A stretch of DNA of 64,000 nucleotides, from the NCBI GenBank assembly GCA_965223545.1, contig OZ245006.1, positions 3,040,001 through 3,104,000 of the forward strand, given 5' to 3'. The DNA is from Planctomycetota bacterium (lineage in GTDB: Bacteria > Planctomycetota > UBA1135 > UBA2386). Below are positions 47,908-59,456 of this stretch, one piece after another. The notes under the pieces were generated by a model, which searched no databases, was not told the origin of the DNA, and saw nothing but the letters and a program-made list of their open reading frames with translations. Each line of letters opens with the position of its first letter. Position 1 is the first letter of the stretch. The translations under genes and the position numbers were made by a program.

Positions 47908-49671
47908 TCAACCGCCGATCAACGCCGCCGCCGCATCCGACGTCGTCAGGCCGAGCCCGCTTCCCGGCGCGCGCGGATCCACCACAAGCCACTGGTGGAA
48001 CACCACCTGACCAATCAGATCCCGGTCGGCCGGCAGCGGAATCGACGCCGCACCCAAGCCGCGGCCATCAATCGGCACCAGCAGAGTGCTGTTCATGCCG
48101 GTGCGCAGCGCGCAACCGAAGCCGGCCCCCAGCCCACTCAGCGGCCACGGCAGCGCCAACCCTCGCCAGCTGGTGTTCGAGCTGCCGGTCGCCAGGATCG
48201 CGTTGCCGCCCGGCGGCGCGCTGTACAGATAGGTCTGGTAGATCGCACCGACCGTGGGCGCGGTACCGCCGATGCCAGGCGATCCATTGGAGCCGGTGCA
48301 ACCGCGAACGCCGAACACGTGGAACCCACCAGCCGGCGAGCGTGCCGCATCCACGACCGCATCCAGCTCTTCGTAGGCGTCCTGCGCCCTCGGCGACAAG
48401 CCGCCGGCGGCGAGCAGGTCCGTGGTCTCGAACGGATCGAGCCTGAGATCGTAGAGCTCGTCGAAGAACAGTGTCGGCGCCGGGTACCGGCGTACGAGCT
48501 TGTAGCGCGCCTCACGCGCGGCGGCGAACCCGCTGGCCGTTCCCGAGAACGTCGCACCAAAGAACAACTCGGTGAAGACCGACGACCTCGTCGCGACCGC
48601 TCCGGGTTGGGCCAAGATCGGCATCACGCTGATCGCGTCGATCGGCATCCAGGGATCCAAGACCTGTTCGGCGTCGACGCCGACGAGGTCGAGACAGGTG
48701 GCAAACAGGTCCACGGCGCTGACCAGAGCACCGACTTCGCGGCCACCCTGCGCGACGTCGGGACCGGCGATGATCAGAGGAACGTTGACACCTCCCTCGT
48801 AGGGAGTCGCCTTCGCGTGAGTCGGTTGGAACGGGGGCTCGCTGACCTCGGCGGTCGTACCGTTGTCACCGACGAAGATGACGTTGGTGTTTGCCAAGCG
48901 CGATCCGAGGTGACGCAGCAGTCGCCCGCTCTCGCGATCCATCGCCTCCACCATGGCACGAAAGAACGGGACCGGGGTCTGGGTCGGGTCCAAACCCGCG
49001 AGCGACTGCGAGTGCAGCGACGGAGGTGGCGCGTGAAACGGTGTGTGCGGCGCGTTGAACGACACCACACAAAGCCAGGGCTGCCGCTGCCGATCGATCC
49101 AGTCGATGGCGTCGTCGACGATCTGAGTGGTCGCGTACACCGTGCAGTTCGCCGTCACGCCATTCTCGGTGCGATCCCAGTCGAAGTAGTCGTGCACGCC
49201 ACCCGACAACAGGCCGGCGAAATGAGACCACCCCGCGCGATTGGGCCCGCGCGAACCACCGGCCGGCGAACCCAAGTGCCACTTGCCGATCAGCGCATGC
49301 GCGTATCCCGACCCGCCACGGTCGAGGGCTTCGGGCAACGTCGTCTCGCGGTCTGCCAAGACGCCTGTGTTGAACGGCAACGCCTGGCCGACCAGCGTTC
49401 GGAAAGCATGGCGGCCGGTGAACATGCCGGCCCGAGTCGGCGAGCACACCGGGTTGGCCCATGCGTTGCGAAACAACACCCCGCGGGCGGCCAGGCCGTC
49501 GATGGTCGGTGTCGGCGGCGGGTTGGCGCCCTCTCGATAGCTAGCAACGCCGTCGACACCCAAGTCATCTGCGACCACGATCAGGACATTGCGCTGCGTG
49601 ATCCCCGGCACTGACGTAAGTGCCGCGACCACCGCGCCCAACAATGGGTTGCGGAGGGCTCGTTGTTGCAT
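47908..49671 (-). CDS. Secreted formylglycine-dependent sulfatase with the shared C-terminal domain
   Basis: NVLIVVADDLG, CSPTRAGMFTGR (CxPxR), IGKWHLG, APHTPFH, GDNG, YEGGVNVPLII, ELYDL..DP.E. Start at ATG 49671. Confidence 0.93.
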   Translation of the reverse strand: MQQRALRNPLLGAVVAALTSVPGITQRNVLIVVADDLGVDGVASYREGANPPPTPTIDGLAARGVLFRNAWANPVCSPTRAGMFTGRHAFRTLVGQALPFNTGVLADRETTLPEALDRGGSGYAHALIGKWHLGSPAGGSRGPNRAGWSHFAGLLSGGVHDYFDWDRTENGVTANCTVYATTQIVDDAIDWIDRQRQPWLCVVSFNAPHTPFHAPPPSLHSQSLAGLDPTQTPVPFFRAMVEAMDRESGRLLRHLGSRLANTNVIFVGDNGTTAEVSEPPFQPTHAKATPYEGGVNVPLIIAGPDVAQGGREVGALVSAVDLFATCLDLVGVDAEQVLDPWMPIDAISVMPILAQPGAVATRSSVFTELFFGATFSGTASGFAAAREARYKLVRRYPAPTLFFDELYDLRLDPFETTDLLAAGGLSPRAQDAYEELDAVVDAARSPAGGFHVFGVRGCTGSNGSPGIGGTAPTVGAIYQTYLYSAPPGGNAILATGSSNTSWRGLALPWPLSGLGAGFGCALRTGMNSTLLVPIDGRGLGAASIPLPADRDLIGQVVFHQWLVVDPRAPGSGLGLTTSDAAAALIGG

Positions 49672-49876
49672 GGATCCCGGGAGCGGGGACGAGAGGAGGT
49701 GGTCGGATCTTTGAGCAAAACCCGATCGCCAGGGCAATTCGGGATCCCCCGTGGTGCGGGTGGGATTCCCGCGAGTGCGCTGCTCCGCATCGCAGCTGCC
49801 GCGCGAGCCGGTCCCGGATTGCGCATGAACGTCATCCGGGAGTACAAGAGAGGACCTTGCCACCCCCACACCTCCC

Positions 49877-51013
49877 ATGAACGGCTCCCTCACCCGGTCC
49901 CGAATCGGACTCGCTTCTCTTCTCCTCGCCGCGAGTGTCGCCAGCCAACCGTCCGCTGGCTGGCACATGGAGTTTCCAACCGCGGGCGGTCGCGTGGTCC
50001 TACGCGACCTGCAGGGTCACACGGTAAACGTGTGGACCTCGCCGATCGCCAACCACCGCTTCGCCGAGCTCGCCAAGCCGCTGCCGAACGGCAACCTCCT
50101 GGCGATGCTGATCGACGACACTCTGCCGGGCCCGCCGCACCACAAGATCCTGGTCGAGCTGGATTGGCTCGGCAACACCGTTTGGAGCTATGACCCACTG
50201 ACGGTCGGGCGTTATCTGCACCACGACTTCGAGCGCCTGGCCAACGGCAACACGCTGCTGTGCACGCAACAGGTCGTCACCGATCCGACGATTGCGCCGG
50301 GCAACATGTACGACGAAGTCATCATGGAGGTCGACCCCACCGGGACCGTGGTCTGGGAGTGGTCCACGCTCGCCAATCGGGCTCAGCTTCCGATCACTTC
50401 CGCCGGCTGGACCTACCTGTCGACGCGCCCCGCCGGCGCCGTGCGCACGCTGTTCCACCTCAACTCGGTGCAGTCGCTGCCGCGCAACCGACTCGAAGAC
50501 CCTCGCTTTCTCGCCGGCGACGTCCTCGTCAGCTACCGCGATACCAACTTGGTGATGGTGATCCGCAAGAGCACTGGCAACGTCACCTGGAGCATGATCA
50601 ACCGGACGATTGGCCAGCACCATGCGCGCATGATCCCGCTCGGGCTGCCCGGCGCCGGCAACATCCTGTTGTTCGACAACGGTGGCGCGTCGGGAGCTCC
50701 CTTGCTGGTGCGTGACTCGTCCCGAATCATCGAGATCTGGCCCGTCGACGGCCGCATCGTCTGGGGCTACGAGTGCGTTGTCGGTGCGGCGCCGAGCAGC
50801 TGGTGCAAGACGACGTTCGCCAGCGCCTTCATGGGTTCCGTGCAACGCCTGCCCAACGGCAACACGCTGATCTGCTCGGCCGAGCAGGGCCGCTCCTTCG
50901 AGGTCGACCGCAACCGCCAAGTGGTCTGGTCGCGCAACACCGGCACGCGCATCTACCGCTCGTACCGCATCGACGCGAATTGGCCGTCGTCGATGCCGAG
51001 CTTCATCTGGTAG
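49877..51013 (+). CDS. Aryl-sulfate sulfotransferase (ASST)-like beta-propeller, secreted
   Basis: LHHDFERLANGNTL, FHLNSV, GQHHARMI, ILLFDNG, SVQRLPNGNTLI. Signal peptide VAS|Q. Confidence 0.82.
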   Translation: MNGSLTRSRIGLASLLLAASVASQPSAGWHMEFPTAGGRVVLRDLQGHTVNVWTSPIANHRFAELAKPLPNGNLLAMLIDDTLPGPPHHKILVELDWLGNTVWSYDPLTVGRYLHHDFERLANGNTLLCTQQVVTDPTIAPGNMYDEVIMEVDPTGTVVWEWSTLANRAQLPITSAGWTYLSTRPAGAVRTLFHLNSVQSLPRNRLEDPRFLAGDVLVSYRDTNLVMVIRKSTGNVTWSMINRTIGQHHARMIPLGLPGAGNILLFDNGGASGAPLLVRDSSRIIEIWPVDGRIVWGYECVVGAAPSSWCKTTFASAFMGSVQRLPNGNTLICSAEQGRSFEVDRNRQVVWSRNTGTRIYRSYRIDANWPSSMPSFIW

Positions 51014-51056
51014 TCGGGGTCGATCCGGCGACGGCTTGCCGCGACAATCAGCGGCC

Positions 51057-52343
51057 ATGCCGCCTACCGGACGCGCCGTCGCCGAGGACCTCGGCCGCTT
51101 CATCGACGACTCGCCATCGCCGTATCACGCGGTCGCGTCGGCCGCCCAGCGCCTGGCAGACGCCGGGTTCTCCGCGCTGAGCGAGACCGAACCATGGCAG
51201 CCGCAAACGGGTGGGCGCTTCGTCGCCCGGGGCGGTGCCCTGGTGGCGTGGGTCGCCGGGCAAGCGCATGGGCCGACCGACGGGTTCCGCATTATCGGCG
51301 CGCACACCGACAGCCCCAACTTGCGCATCAAACCCCGGCCCGCATCGCCGGCAGCCGGCTTCGCCCAACTCGGCGTGGAGGTGTACGGCGGCGTCTTGCT
51401 CAACTCGTGGTTGGATCGCGACCTCGGGATCTCGGGACGGGTCGTGGTTCGCGAAGAGCGCGGACCGCTGCGCACTCGACTGCTGAGGATCGACGAGCCG
51501 CTGGCCCGCGTTCCACAGCTGGCGATCCACCTCGATCGACAAGTCAACGACAAGGGGCTCGTGCTCAACCGACAACGCCACCTGTCGCCGGTCTGGAGCT
51601 TGGACCCGAAGGCGTCGTTCGCGCGCTGGCTCGCCGAGCGAACCGACTGCCACGAGGAGGCGATCGCCGGCTACGACCTGATGCTGCACGATCTCACCCC
51701 CAGCACCCTGCTCGGCCGCGACCGCGAGATGCTCGCGGCGCCGCGCATCGACAACCAGGCGTCGTGCCACGCGGGGGTGCTGGCGCTGCTCGACGCCGCG
51801 CAAACGCCAGGTCCCGCCGTCCCCGTCCTCTGCCTGTTCGACCACGAGGAAGTCGGCAGCACCTCGACCGGCGGCGCCACGGGCAGCTTGCTGCCGACCG
51901 TGCTCGAGCGCATCCACGGCTCACTCGGCGGTGACCGAGCGTCTTGGCTCGTGGCGCTCGCACACTCGTCCTGCATCTCCGCCGATGGCGCCCACGCGAC
52001 ACACCCCAACTACCCGGACCGGCACGAGCCAGACCACCGCATCGCGCTGAACAAGGGACCGGTGATCAAGCGAAACGCGAACGAGCGCTACGCGACCGAC
52101 GCGATGGGCCAGGCAATTGCCGAAACCGCCTGCCGTGCCGCCGGAGTGCCGACTCAGCTGTTCGTCAACCGCAGCGATCTCGCCTGCGGCAGCACGATCG
52201 GACCGATCACCGCGGCGCAGCTCGGCATCACGACGGTCGACCTCGGCTTGGCCCAGCTCTCGATGCACTCCGCACGCGAGCTGTGCGGGGCGGACGACCC
52301 CGCCATGCTCGCCGCCGCGCTGAGCGCGTTCGCGCGCGCGTGA
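51057..52343 (+). CDS. apeB: M18 family aspartyl aminopeptidase
   Basis: SPSPYHA, GAHTDSP, VEVYGG, WLDRDL, PQLAIHL, IDNQ, FDHEEVGS, HPNY, CGSTIGP, LSMHSARE. Confidence 0.93.
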   Translation: MPPTGRAVAEDLGRFIDDSPSPYHAVASAAQRLADAGFSALSETEPWQPQTGGRFVARGGALVAWVAGQAHGPTDGFRIIGAHTDSPNLRIKPRPASPAAGFAQLGVEVYGGVLLNSWLDRDLGISGRVVVREERGPLRTRLLRIDEPLARVPQLAIHLDRQVNDKGLVLNRQRHLSPVWSLDPKASFARWLAERTDCHEEAIAGYDLMLHDLTPSTLLGRDREMLAAPRIDNQASCHAGVLALLDAAQTPGPAVPVLCLFDHEEVGSTSTGGATGSLLPTVLERIHGSLGGDRASWLVALAHSSCISADGAHATHPNYPDRHEPDHRIALNKGPVIKRNANERYATDAMGQAIAETACRAAGVPTQLFVNRSDLACGSTIGPITAAQLGITTVDLGLAQLSMHSARELCGADDPAMLAAALSAFARA

Positions 52344-52442
52344 CCTGTCTCTCCGAGCCTCCGGCGCCGCGGCGACTTCGCCGTGGCAGCGGCGTTGCCT
52401 CGAGAATGTTGTCGAAGCTCGACGATTCGTGGCGCCGGAGGC

Positions 52443-53780
52443 TCAGAAGCGAAAGTCGCCCTGCAGGTAGAAGAAGTGCGCGAGATCGTCGGCACCGGCC
52501 ACGGCTTCCGCGCCGGGACCGGGCAGGAAGACGCCGTAGCCGACCTCGAGCGCCGCGGTGAGCGGCGCCGTGTCCAGGGCTCGCGACAAGACGACGTCGA
52601 ACTCGTTGCCCATGGTCTGGGACTGCCCGGCTGCCCCCGGCGACAACGCCGCGCTGGGGCCACCGAACCGGTCCGCGCCTTCGTCGGCTCGAAAGAAGTG
52701 CCAGGCGAAGCGCAGCTTGTATCGCTCGGCGGGTGACGTGCCGACCTCGACCATCACATGCTGCAGGTTCTCCCACAGAGCCAAGTCCATCATGCCCAGG
52801 TAGTAGTGGGCGAATGGGAACAGCGTGTTGAAGCGCTCTCGGTCGGCCGTATCGGGGTCGTCGCCACTCACCACGTTGGCCTCGATCTTGGTCCACAACG
52901 CCTGCGGATCCGCAAACGGGCGCACGGTGGCGACCGCTGCCAGCGCATGGCACTCGCCGAGCGGGATGTCGGCGTCATCCACCTCGCCGGTCTGCGTCGC
53001 GGCCTCGATCTCGAGCTCGACCGGGCCGATCCGCTGCACGGCGCGCCCGCCGAGGGTCAGGCGGCTCTCGGTACCACCGGCGGCAGTCTCGTCGTCGTGC
53101 AGCCACAAGAGATACGCGTCGACGCCGAGGTCCTCGTCCGGCCGCAGCTCGGCGAAGACGCCCGTCGTCCACGCGTCGTCGTTGACAGCGTTCAGCTGCT
53201 CTCGGGTCTGCACCGCCAGCGCGTGCAGCGCACCATCGTCAGCCAGCGCCCAGGTCTGCACGACACCGTCGAACGCGCGCCCCTGTGTCGCCCACTCCAA
53301 CGAGCTGACCAAGCGCTGGCTGCCCAGCGCGATCGCTTGCCGCCCGATGCGCGCGCGACCGCCGATACCCGGCACGGCGTCGACCTGCAGGTAGCCCTGG
53401 TGCAAATCGAGCCCATCGGCATCGTCGTCCAGCGTGCTCGCCTCCTCGCCCCAGTTGCGCGCATCCTGAATCTGAAAGAACGCCGACAACTCGTCGTTGA
53501 AGCGCGGCTCGAGATTGATGCGCACGCGCTGGCCGAAGAAATCGTTGGAAGCCCCGCTGTCCCGGTCGAAGTCGAAGTCGATCTTGGCCTCGTAGCGCAA
53601 CCGGTACTGCCCGGTAATGGTCAGGCTCTCGAGCCCCGGCACGATCAGCTGAGGCCCCTGCGGCTGGGAAGCCGGCGGCTGGGGCGCGGGCGGCTGGGAC
53701 GCCGGGTCCGGCGACTGCTGAGCCACGAGAGGGCACGCGAGAACGAAGGCGGGGATGACGATCGCGGAACGCATGGACAA
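52443..53780 (-). CDS. Alginate export family outer-membrane beta-barrel
   Basis: GQYRLRYE, Q.QDAR.WG, LHQGY, IGRQ.I.LGSQRLV...EW..QGRAFDG, LFPFAH.Y.G.MD. C-terminal Phe. AGGAG before TTG 53780. Confidence 0.85.
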   Translation of the reverse strand: MSMRSAIVIPAFVLACPLVAQQSPDPASQPPAPQPPASQPQGPQLIVPGLESLTITGQYRLRYEAKIDFDFDRDSGASNDFFGQRVRINLEPRFNDELSAFFQIQDARNWGEEASTLDDDADGLDLHQGYLQVDAVPGIGGRARIGRQAIALGSQRLVSSLEWATQGRAFDGVVQTWALADDGALHALAVQTREQLNAVNDDAWTTGVFAELRPDEDLGVDAYLLWLHDDETAAGGTESRLTLGGRAVQRIGPVELEIEAATQTGEVDDADIPLGECHALAAVATVRPFADPQALWTKIEANVVSGDDPDTADRERFNTLFPFAHYYLGMMDLALWENLQHVMVEVGTSPAERYKLRFAWHFFRADEGADRFGGPSAALSPGAAGQSQTMGNEFDVVLSRALDTAPLTAALEVGYGVFLPGPGAEAVAGADDLAHFFYLQGDFRF

Positions 53781-53914
53781 CGGAAACTCCTCTCGCGAAG
53801 CCGGGGCGCGGAACGATGCTGCGCGCCCACCGTGGCGGTTTCAACGCACCGCGACGATCGGTTCTTTCGCGATCGGATAGGCTGGCACGGTACCGACAGC
53901 TCCACCCATCGCCG

Positions 53915-54484
53915 ATGACGACGCCCGACGCCGATGCGCTGCAGCGCGCCCGCCAACGCCTGTTGCCGGACGTCTTGTCGCCCGGTCTCCAGGTCGTGTT
54001 CTGCGGCATCAACCCGAGCCTGTACTCCGCCGCGGTCGGCCACCACTACGCCCGGCCTGGCAATCGCTTCTGGCCGGCGTTGCACGGGTCGGGCTGGACC
54101 GACCGGGCGCTCTCGGCGGCGGAGGACCGGCTCGCCCCGGAATTCGGCTTCGGCCTCACCAACCTCGTCGCGCGGCCAACGGCGCGCGCCGCCGAGCTCT
54201 CGAAGCGGGAGCTCACCGACGGAGTCGCCGCGCTGGCCGCCAAGATCGAGCAGTTCGCTCCGCGCCGGCTCGCCCTTCTCGGCTTGGATGCGTTCCGCAC
54301 CGCATTCCAGCGAAAACACGCCCGCGTCGGGCCCGCCAGCTTCGAGCTGGCCGGCGCCGAGGTCTGGGCCTTGCCCAACCCGAGCGGTCTGAACGCCCAC
54401 TACCAGCTGCCCGACTTCGTCCGCTTGTTCGCGGACCTGCGCGCGCCGCCTGTCAGGTCGTCGCGAGCCGCAGGCTGTGAATGA
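53915..54484 (+). CDS. mug: G/U mismatch-specific uracil-DNA glycosylase
   Basis: FCGINPS, GHHYARPGNRFW, GLTNLVARPT, LPNPSGLN. Confidence 0.93.
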   Translation: MTTPDADALQRARQRLLPDVLSPGLQVVFCGINPSLYSAAVGHHYARPGNRFWPALHGSGWTDRALSAAEDRLAPEFGFGLTNLVARPTARAAELSKRELTDGVAALAAKIEQFAPRRLALLGLDAFRTAFQRKHARVGPASFELAGAEVWALPNPSGLNAHYQLPDFVRLFADLRAPPVRSSRAAGCE

Positions 54485-55124
54485 AGTCGGGCGACAGCCG
54501 CTGCGCCACTTCGACCTGCCCCACGAGGTAGATCAGCGACTCGCGGAGCTCCGCCGCCAGCTGCAGACACTCGCGGTCGGCGTGGGTTGACGTGGCACGG
54601 GCCATCAGCCCCGCCAACGCCTGTAGCGAGTTCGCGCCACCGGGGCAGACGAGCGCCGGCGCCAACTCCTGCACCGACTCGAGCCGGTTGCGAGCGCCGG
54701 CGGTTCCGTTCAGGCGACGAAGGAAATCCTCGCGTTCGCTGCCCTGCAGCAAGCCGCCGACATCGGCCAGGAAACCCTCGCCAGCACCTTCGAGGGCCCG
54801 CAAGTAGTAGGTCACCGCCCCTGCTCCCAGCCCGCGCTGCTCCGCCTCGCAGCCGCGGCGGAAATCATCGGCACCGAGTCCGAGTGCGGCTTGGACCGAC
54901 TCGGGGACCGCGATCTCCACGGTGCGGGCTTGCTCCACGCTACTGGCTTGCTCCACGGTGGAGGATTGCGGCACAGCACTGGAGCTCTGCCCCCCACCGG
55001 CGCCCGCCCCGGCCTCCGCGGAGACCTCGTCGCCGCGCGCGGCGATGCTGTTCTCGTTCCAATGACGCGCCGCGTAATCTCGGATCGTGGCTTCGTCGGT
55101 CGTGCCCGGTTGCGAGCGGTCCAT
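54453..55124 (-). CDS. Hypothetical protein with a helical C-terminal domain
   Basis: Last ORF of the minus-strand signalling operon. GGAG 5 nt before ATG 55124. No family recognised with confidence. Confidence 0.6.
   Translation of the reverse strand: MDRSQPGTTDEATIRDYAARHWNENSIAARGDEVSAEAGAGAGGGQSSSAVPQSSTVEQASSVEQARTVEIAVPESVQAALGLGADDFRRGCEAEQRGLGAGAVTYYLRALEGAGEGFLADVGGLLQGSEREDFLRRLNGTAGARNRLESVQELAPALVCPGGANSLQALAGLMARATSTHADRECLQLAAELRESLIYLVGQVEVAQRLSPDFIHSLRLATT
54915..54960. repeat. Degenerate 18-bp tandem repeat (about 2.5 copies) encoding TVEQAS-like units
   Basis: ctccacg recurs at 54915, 54933 and 54951. Confidence 0.6.
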
Positions 55125-55134
55125 GGCTACTCCA

Positions 55135-55815
55135 TCAGACACTGAGCTGGGCGTACACGTCGTCGACGGACACCGTGCACTCCGTGCGACAGCACACGTA
55201 ACGACGGCCGGTGCGGATCGCGATCAGGCTGTCGCCGTCGTCGTAGACCTGGGCGTAGCTGGTCTCGTCGCGCCCCTCGCGCCGTGACATCTCCCGGGCG
55301 GTCTCGATCAACACGTTGAAGACCCGACGGTCGGACGCGAACGCGTCGTCACTGGCGGCGACGACCGCCAAGGAGTGGTCGAGCAGGCCTGCCCGCGCCA
55401 TTCCGTCCATCTCGGCGAGTCGCTTGATCAGGTCCTCGGCGCGGTCTCCAACCTCGGTCTCGTTCGGCGTCGCCACCGGCGCGCGCCCGGTGTACTTCGA
55501 CTCGTCCAAGCGCCGCAGGGTCTCCAACAGCATCCGGTCACCGGACATCTCCGGGAACGAACGCTCCGCGGTCGTCACGCCGGGCTGGAACACGCAATCT
55601 CCGGTTGGCCAACGGACGATCTCGAGCAGCGCGTCCGGCCCCTCGGCTCCCTCGACGCATGCGTGGAGGAACCGGCCGTCGGCCAAGTAGACATCGCCCG
55701 ATTGGTCACCGTGCGTGACGGCGAGCCGGCCTCCGGCAACTTGGAAGATCAAGTGCTGGATCACATCGAGGATGCCGACGTGGTTGATCGTCGCCTTGAA
55801 TCCGCTGCTGCTCAT
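55135..55815 (-). CDS. DUF4388 (PATAN-like) domain protein with a roadblock-like C-terminus
   Basis: F.ATI....ILDVIQ.L......G.L.V......G.VYL.DG...HA.....EG.DAL.EI..W..G...F pattern. ATGA overlap with the upstream stop. Confidence 0.8.
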   Translation of the reverse strand: MSSSGFKATINHVGILDVIQHLIFQVAGGRLAVTHGDQSGDVYLADGRFLHACVEGAEGPDALLEIVRWPTGDCVFQPGVTTAERSFPEMSGDRMLLETLRRLDESKYTGRAPVATPNETEVGDRAEDLIKRLAEMDGMARAGLLDHSLAVVAASDDAFASDRRVFNVLIETAREMSRREGRDETSYAQVYDDGDSLIAIRTGRRYVCCRTECTVSVDDVYAQLSV

Positions 55816-56234
55816 CGCTGGCCCTCCGTTGCGGCGGGCTGCGCGGCCGCCGCTGGCTCGGTCTCGGGCGAGAACGACACTTCCGAAGTCTCGAGGATCT
55901 GTGCGACCATCTGAAAGCTCAGCTCGAGCAGCGGCATCTTGACGTCGCAGCGCGTCACCACGACGACCACGTAGTTGTCCAGCTGCTGAACACAGGTGAT
56001 GGACTCCGGCCGGGCGAAATCGAAGCGGTGCCCTTCGCAGCCGAGGTCGGCGAGCTTGCCGACCATGCACCAAGCGGCGTCGGCATCGGCAGCGATATCG
56101 ACCTGCTGGACATCCGGGGTGCAGAGCACCGCGCGCAGGGTCCCGCCCTCCGAGATCGACGCCGCCTGAACGCCATCCAAGTCCAGCAGCTTGCCAAGCA
56201 ACTTGTACGAGCTGACTTTCTGTGCTGTCGTCAT
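55812..56234 (-). CDS. Small hypothetical protein, possibly roadblock/LC7 (MglB-like) fold
   Basis: LL.LDGV.AA.I...G pattern and size. GAGGGG before ATG 56234. Confidence 0.55.
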   Translation of the reverse strand: MTTAQKVSSYKLLGKLLDLDGVQAASISEGGTLRAVLCTPDVQQVDIAADADAAWCMVGKLADLGCEGHRFDFARPESITCVQQLDNYVVVVVTRCDVKMPLLELSFQMVAQILETSEVSFSPETEPAAAAQPAATEGQR

Positions 56235-56317
56235 TTGTCCCCTCTTCGCTCGCGACTCTGTGGCGACCTCCGCTCCAGACCACACCGGTCGTGGTCAGCC
56301 GCCGGCGCGCGACCCGA

Positions 56318-56704
56318 CTACTTCTGTTCGTCCGGCAGCAGCGGGCCCAACACGTCTCGCATCTGCTCAGGAGTGAATGGCTTGGTCAGGTATCCGCGGG
56401 CACCGTGCCCCATCGCCTCCCGCTCGACGTCCGCGCTGCGCTCCGACGTGATCATGACCACTGGCGGCGGTGTCTGGAACTTCTCGGCAATGGCGTGCAC
56501 GAAGCTCAGCCCATCCATGCGCGGCATGTTCACGTCGCTGAGAATCAGGTCGACGCCCGGATTCATCTTCAGCGCCACCAACGCCTCCGTGCCGTTGTTC
56601 GCCTCCAGAACAGCATCGATGCCGATGCCGGCCTGCAGCAGGCTGCGTCTGATGATCTTTCGCATCGTCCTGGAGTCGTCAACGATCAGGAAGGTGTAGC
56701 TCAC
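56318..56704 (-). CDS. Single-domain response regulator (CheY-like)
   Basis: LIVDDS, LILSDVNMPRMDG, VMITSE, YLTKPF. Confidence 0.93.
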   Translation of the reverse strand: MSYTFLIVDDSRTMRKIIRRSLLQAGIGIDAVLEANNGTEALVALKMNPGVDLILSDVNMPRMDGLSFVHAIAEKFQTPPPVVMITSERSADVEREAMGHGARGYLTKPFTPEQMRDVLGPLLPDEQK

Positions 56705-56900
56705 CGTGGTCTCTCTTGAAGCGCGGTATCGCGGTAGGTCGTTATCGACGTTCGCGCGCGGCCCCCTTTACCAAGAGCTCCGGATAATGCCTGACCAGCC
56801 GGCGACGGGCTCACGCGGCCACGGCCACGCCGTTGCCTTTGCCGGCAACGTTGCCTCGAAAGAAGTCGTCGCAGCGCGAAGATCCGCGGCGCCGGAGGCT

Positions 56901-58480
<1,580 letters not shown>

Positions 58481-58481
<1 letters not shown>

Positions 58482-59443
58482 CAGCGCCCCCTCGCCGTCA
58501 CCGAGCGCGCGCGGTCGACGAACGCCTGCGGCAGCTCGATCCCGAGCTTGTTGGCGACCGCGGCGTTGTAGACCATCGAATAGCGCGGAGGCACGACCTC
58601 GGGCGCGGTGCCGGTCACCGCGTCGCCGCGCAGGATCGCGCGCAGGACGTCGGCTGCCTGCCGGCCCTGATCGGCTGGGTCGACGCTCACGCCCGCGACG
58701 GCTCCGGCCTTGACGAATCCCTGGGAGAAACCGAACACCGGCACTCGATTGCGTATCGAGCTGAGCAAGAGGAGGCGCACGGTCGCCGCGTGGAACACCG
58801 CGGGATCGGCAGTGGTCCAGATCAGCTCGGGCTCGCTCTCGAACAGTGACTTGATCGCCGCAGCTTGAGTGGAGAACGATGCCATGTCGATGGGCACCAG
58901 TTCCTCCTGCGGCCGCAACGCCGCGTCGACGCGGACCAACGTGGCCACGCTTCCCTCCGAGTCCGAGCGATAGAGCATCGCGATCCGGCGAGTCCTGGGG
59001 AATGCCTGGCGCGCGACGGCCAGCGCGACCTCCGGCGCCACCTGTGTCGTCACCCCGTGCAAGCGGCCGGCTTCGGCGCCGACGCGAGCCGGCGCGGACA
59101 CCATGCAGTAGACCGCGGGAACCCCATCCGGGGCGGTCGTGAGCGCCTTCGCCGCCGCCGTACCGAGGCCGACGAAGGCGGCCGGGCGACCCGCCATCAG
59201 CGAGCTGCGCGCGGCCTGATCCAAGTCGGAGAGGACCACTTTGCGCACCGTCAAGCCATCGCTCTGCAGCGCCGTCTGCAGTGCCGCCAACGCGTCCTCG
59301 TACGGCTTCGCCTGCTGACTCAGCAGCGCAATGACCTCCTTCTGCGCAGCAAGCGGCGCGTGCCCACCGAGCACAGCCACCAACGCCAGGACAAGGGACG
59401 CGACGAGCGTCCGTGGGCGCGCATTCTCAGGCGTCGGCTGCAT
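58481..59443 (-). CDS. Periplasmic ABC-type substrate-binding protein (ABC_sub_bind-like)
   Basis: Signal peptide LAA|Q. PVFGFS..FVKAGA, DQGRQAA, N..VA.KLGI.LP. No permease or ATPase adjacent. Confidence 0.82.
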
Positions 59444-59456
59444 GTGGCGACCGAGC

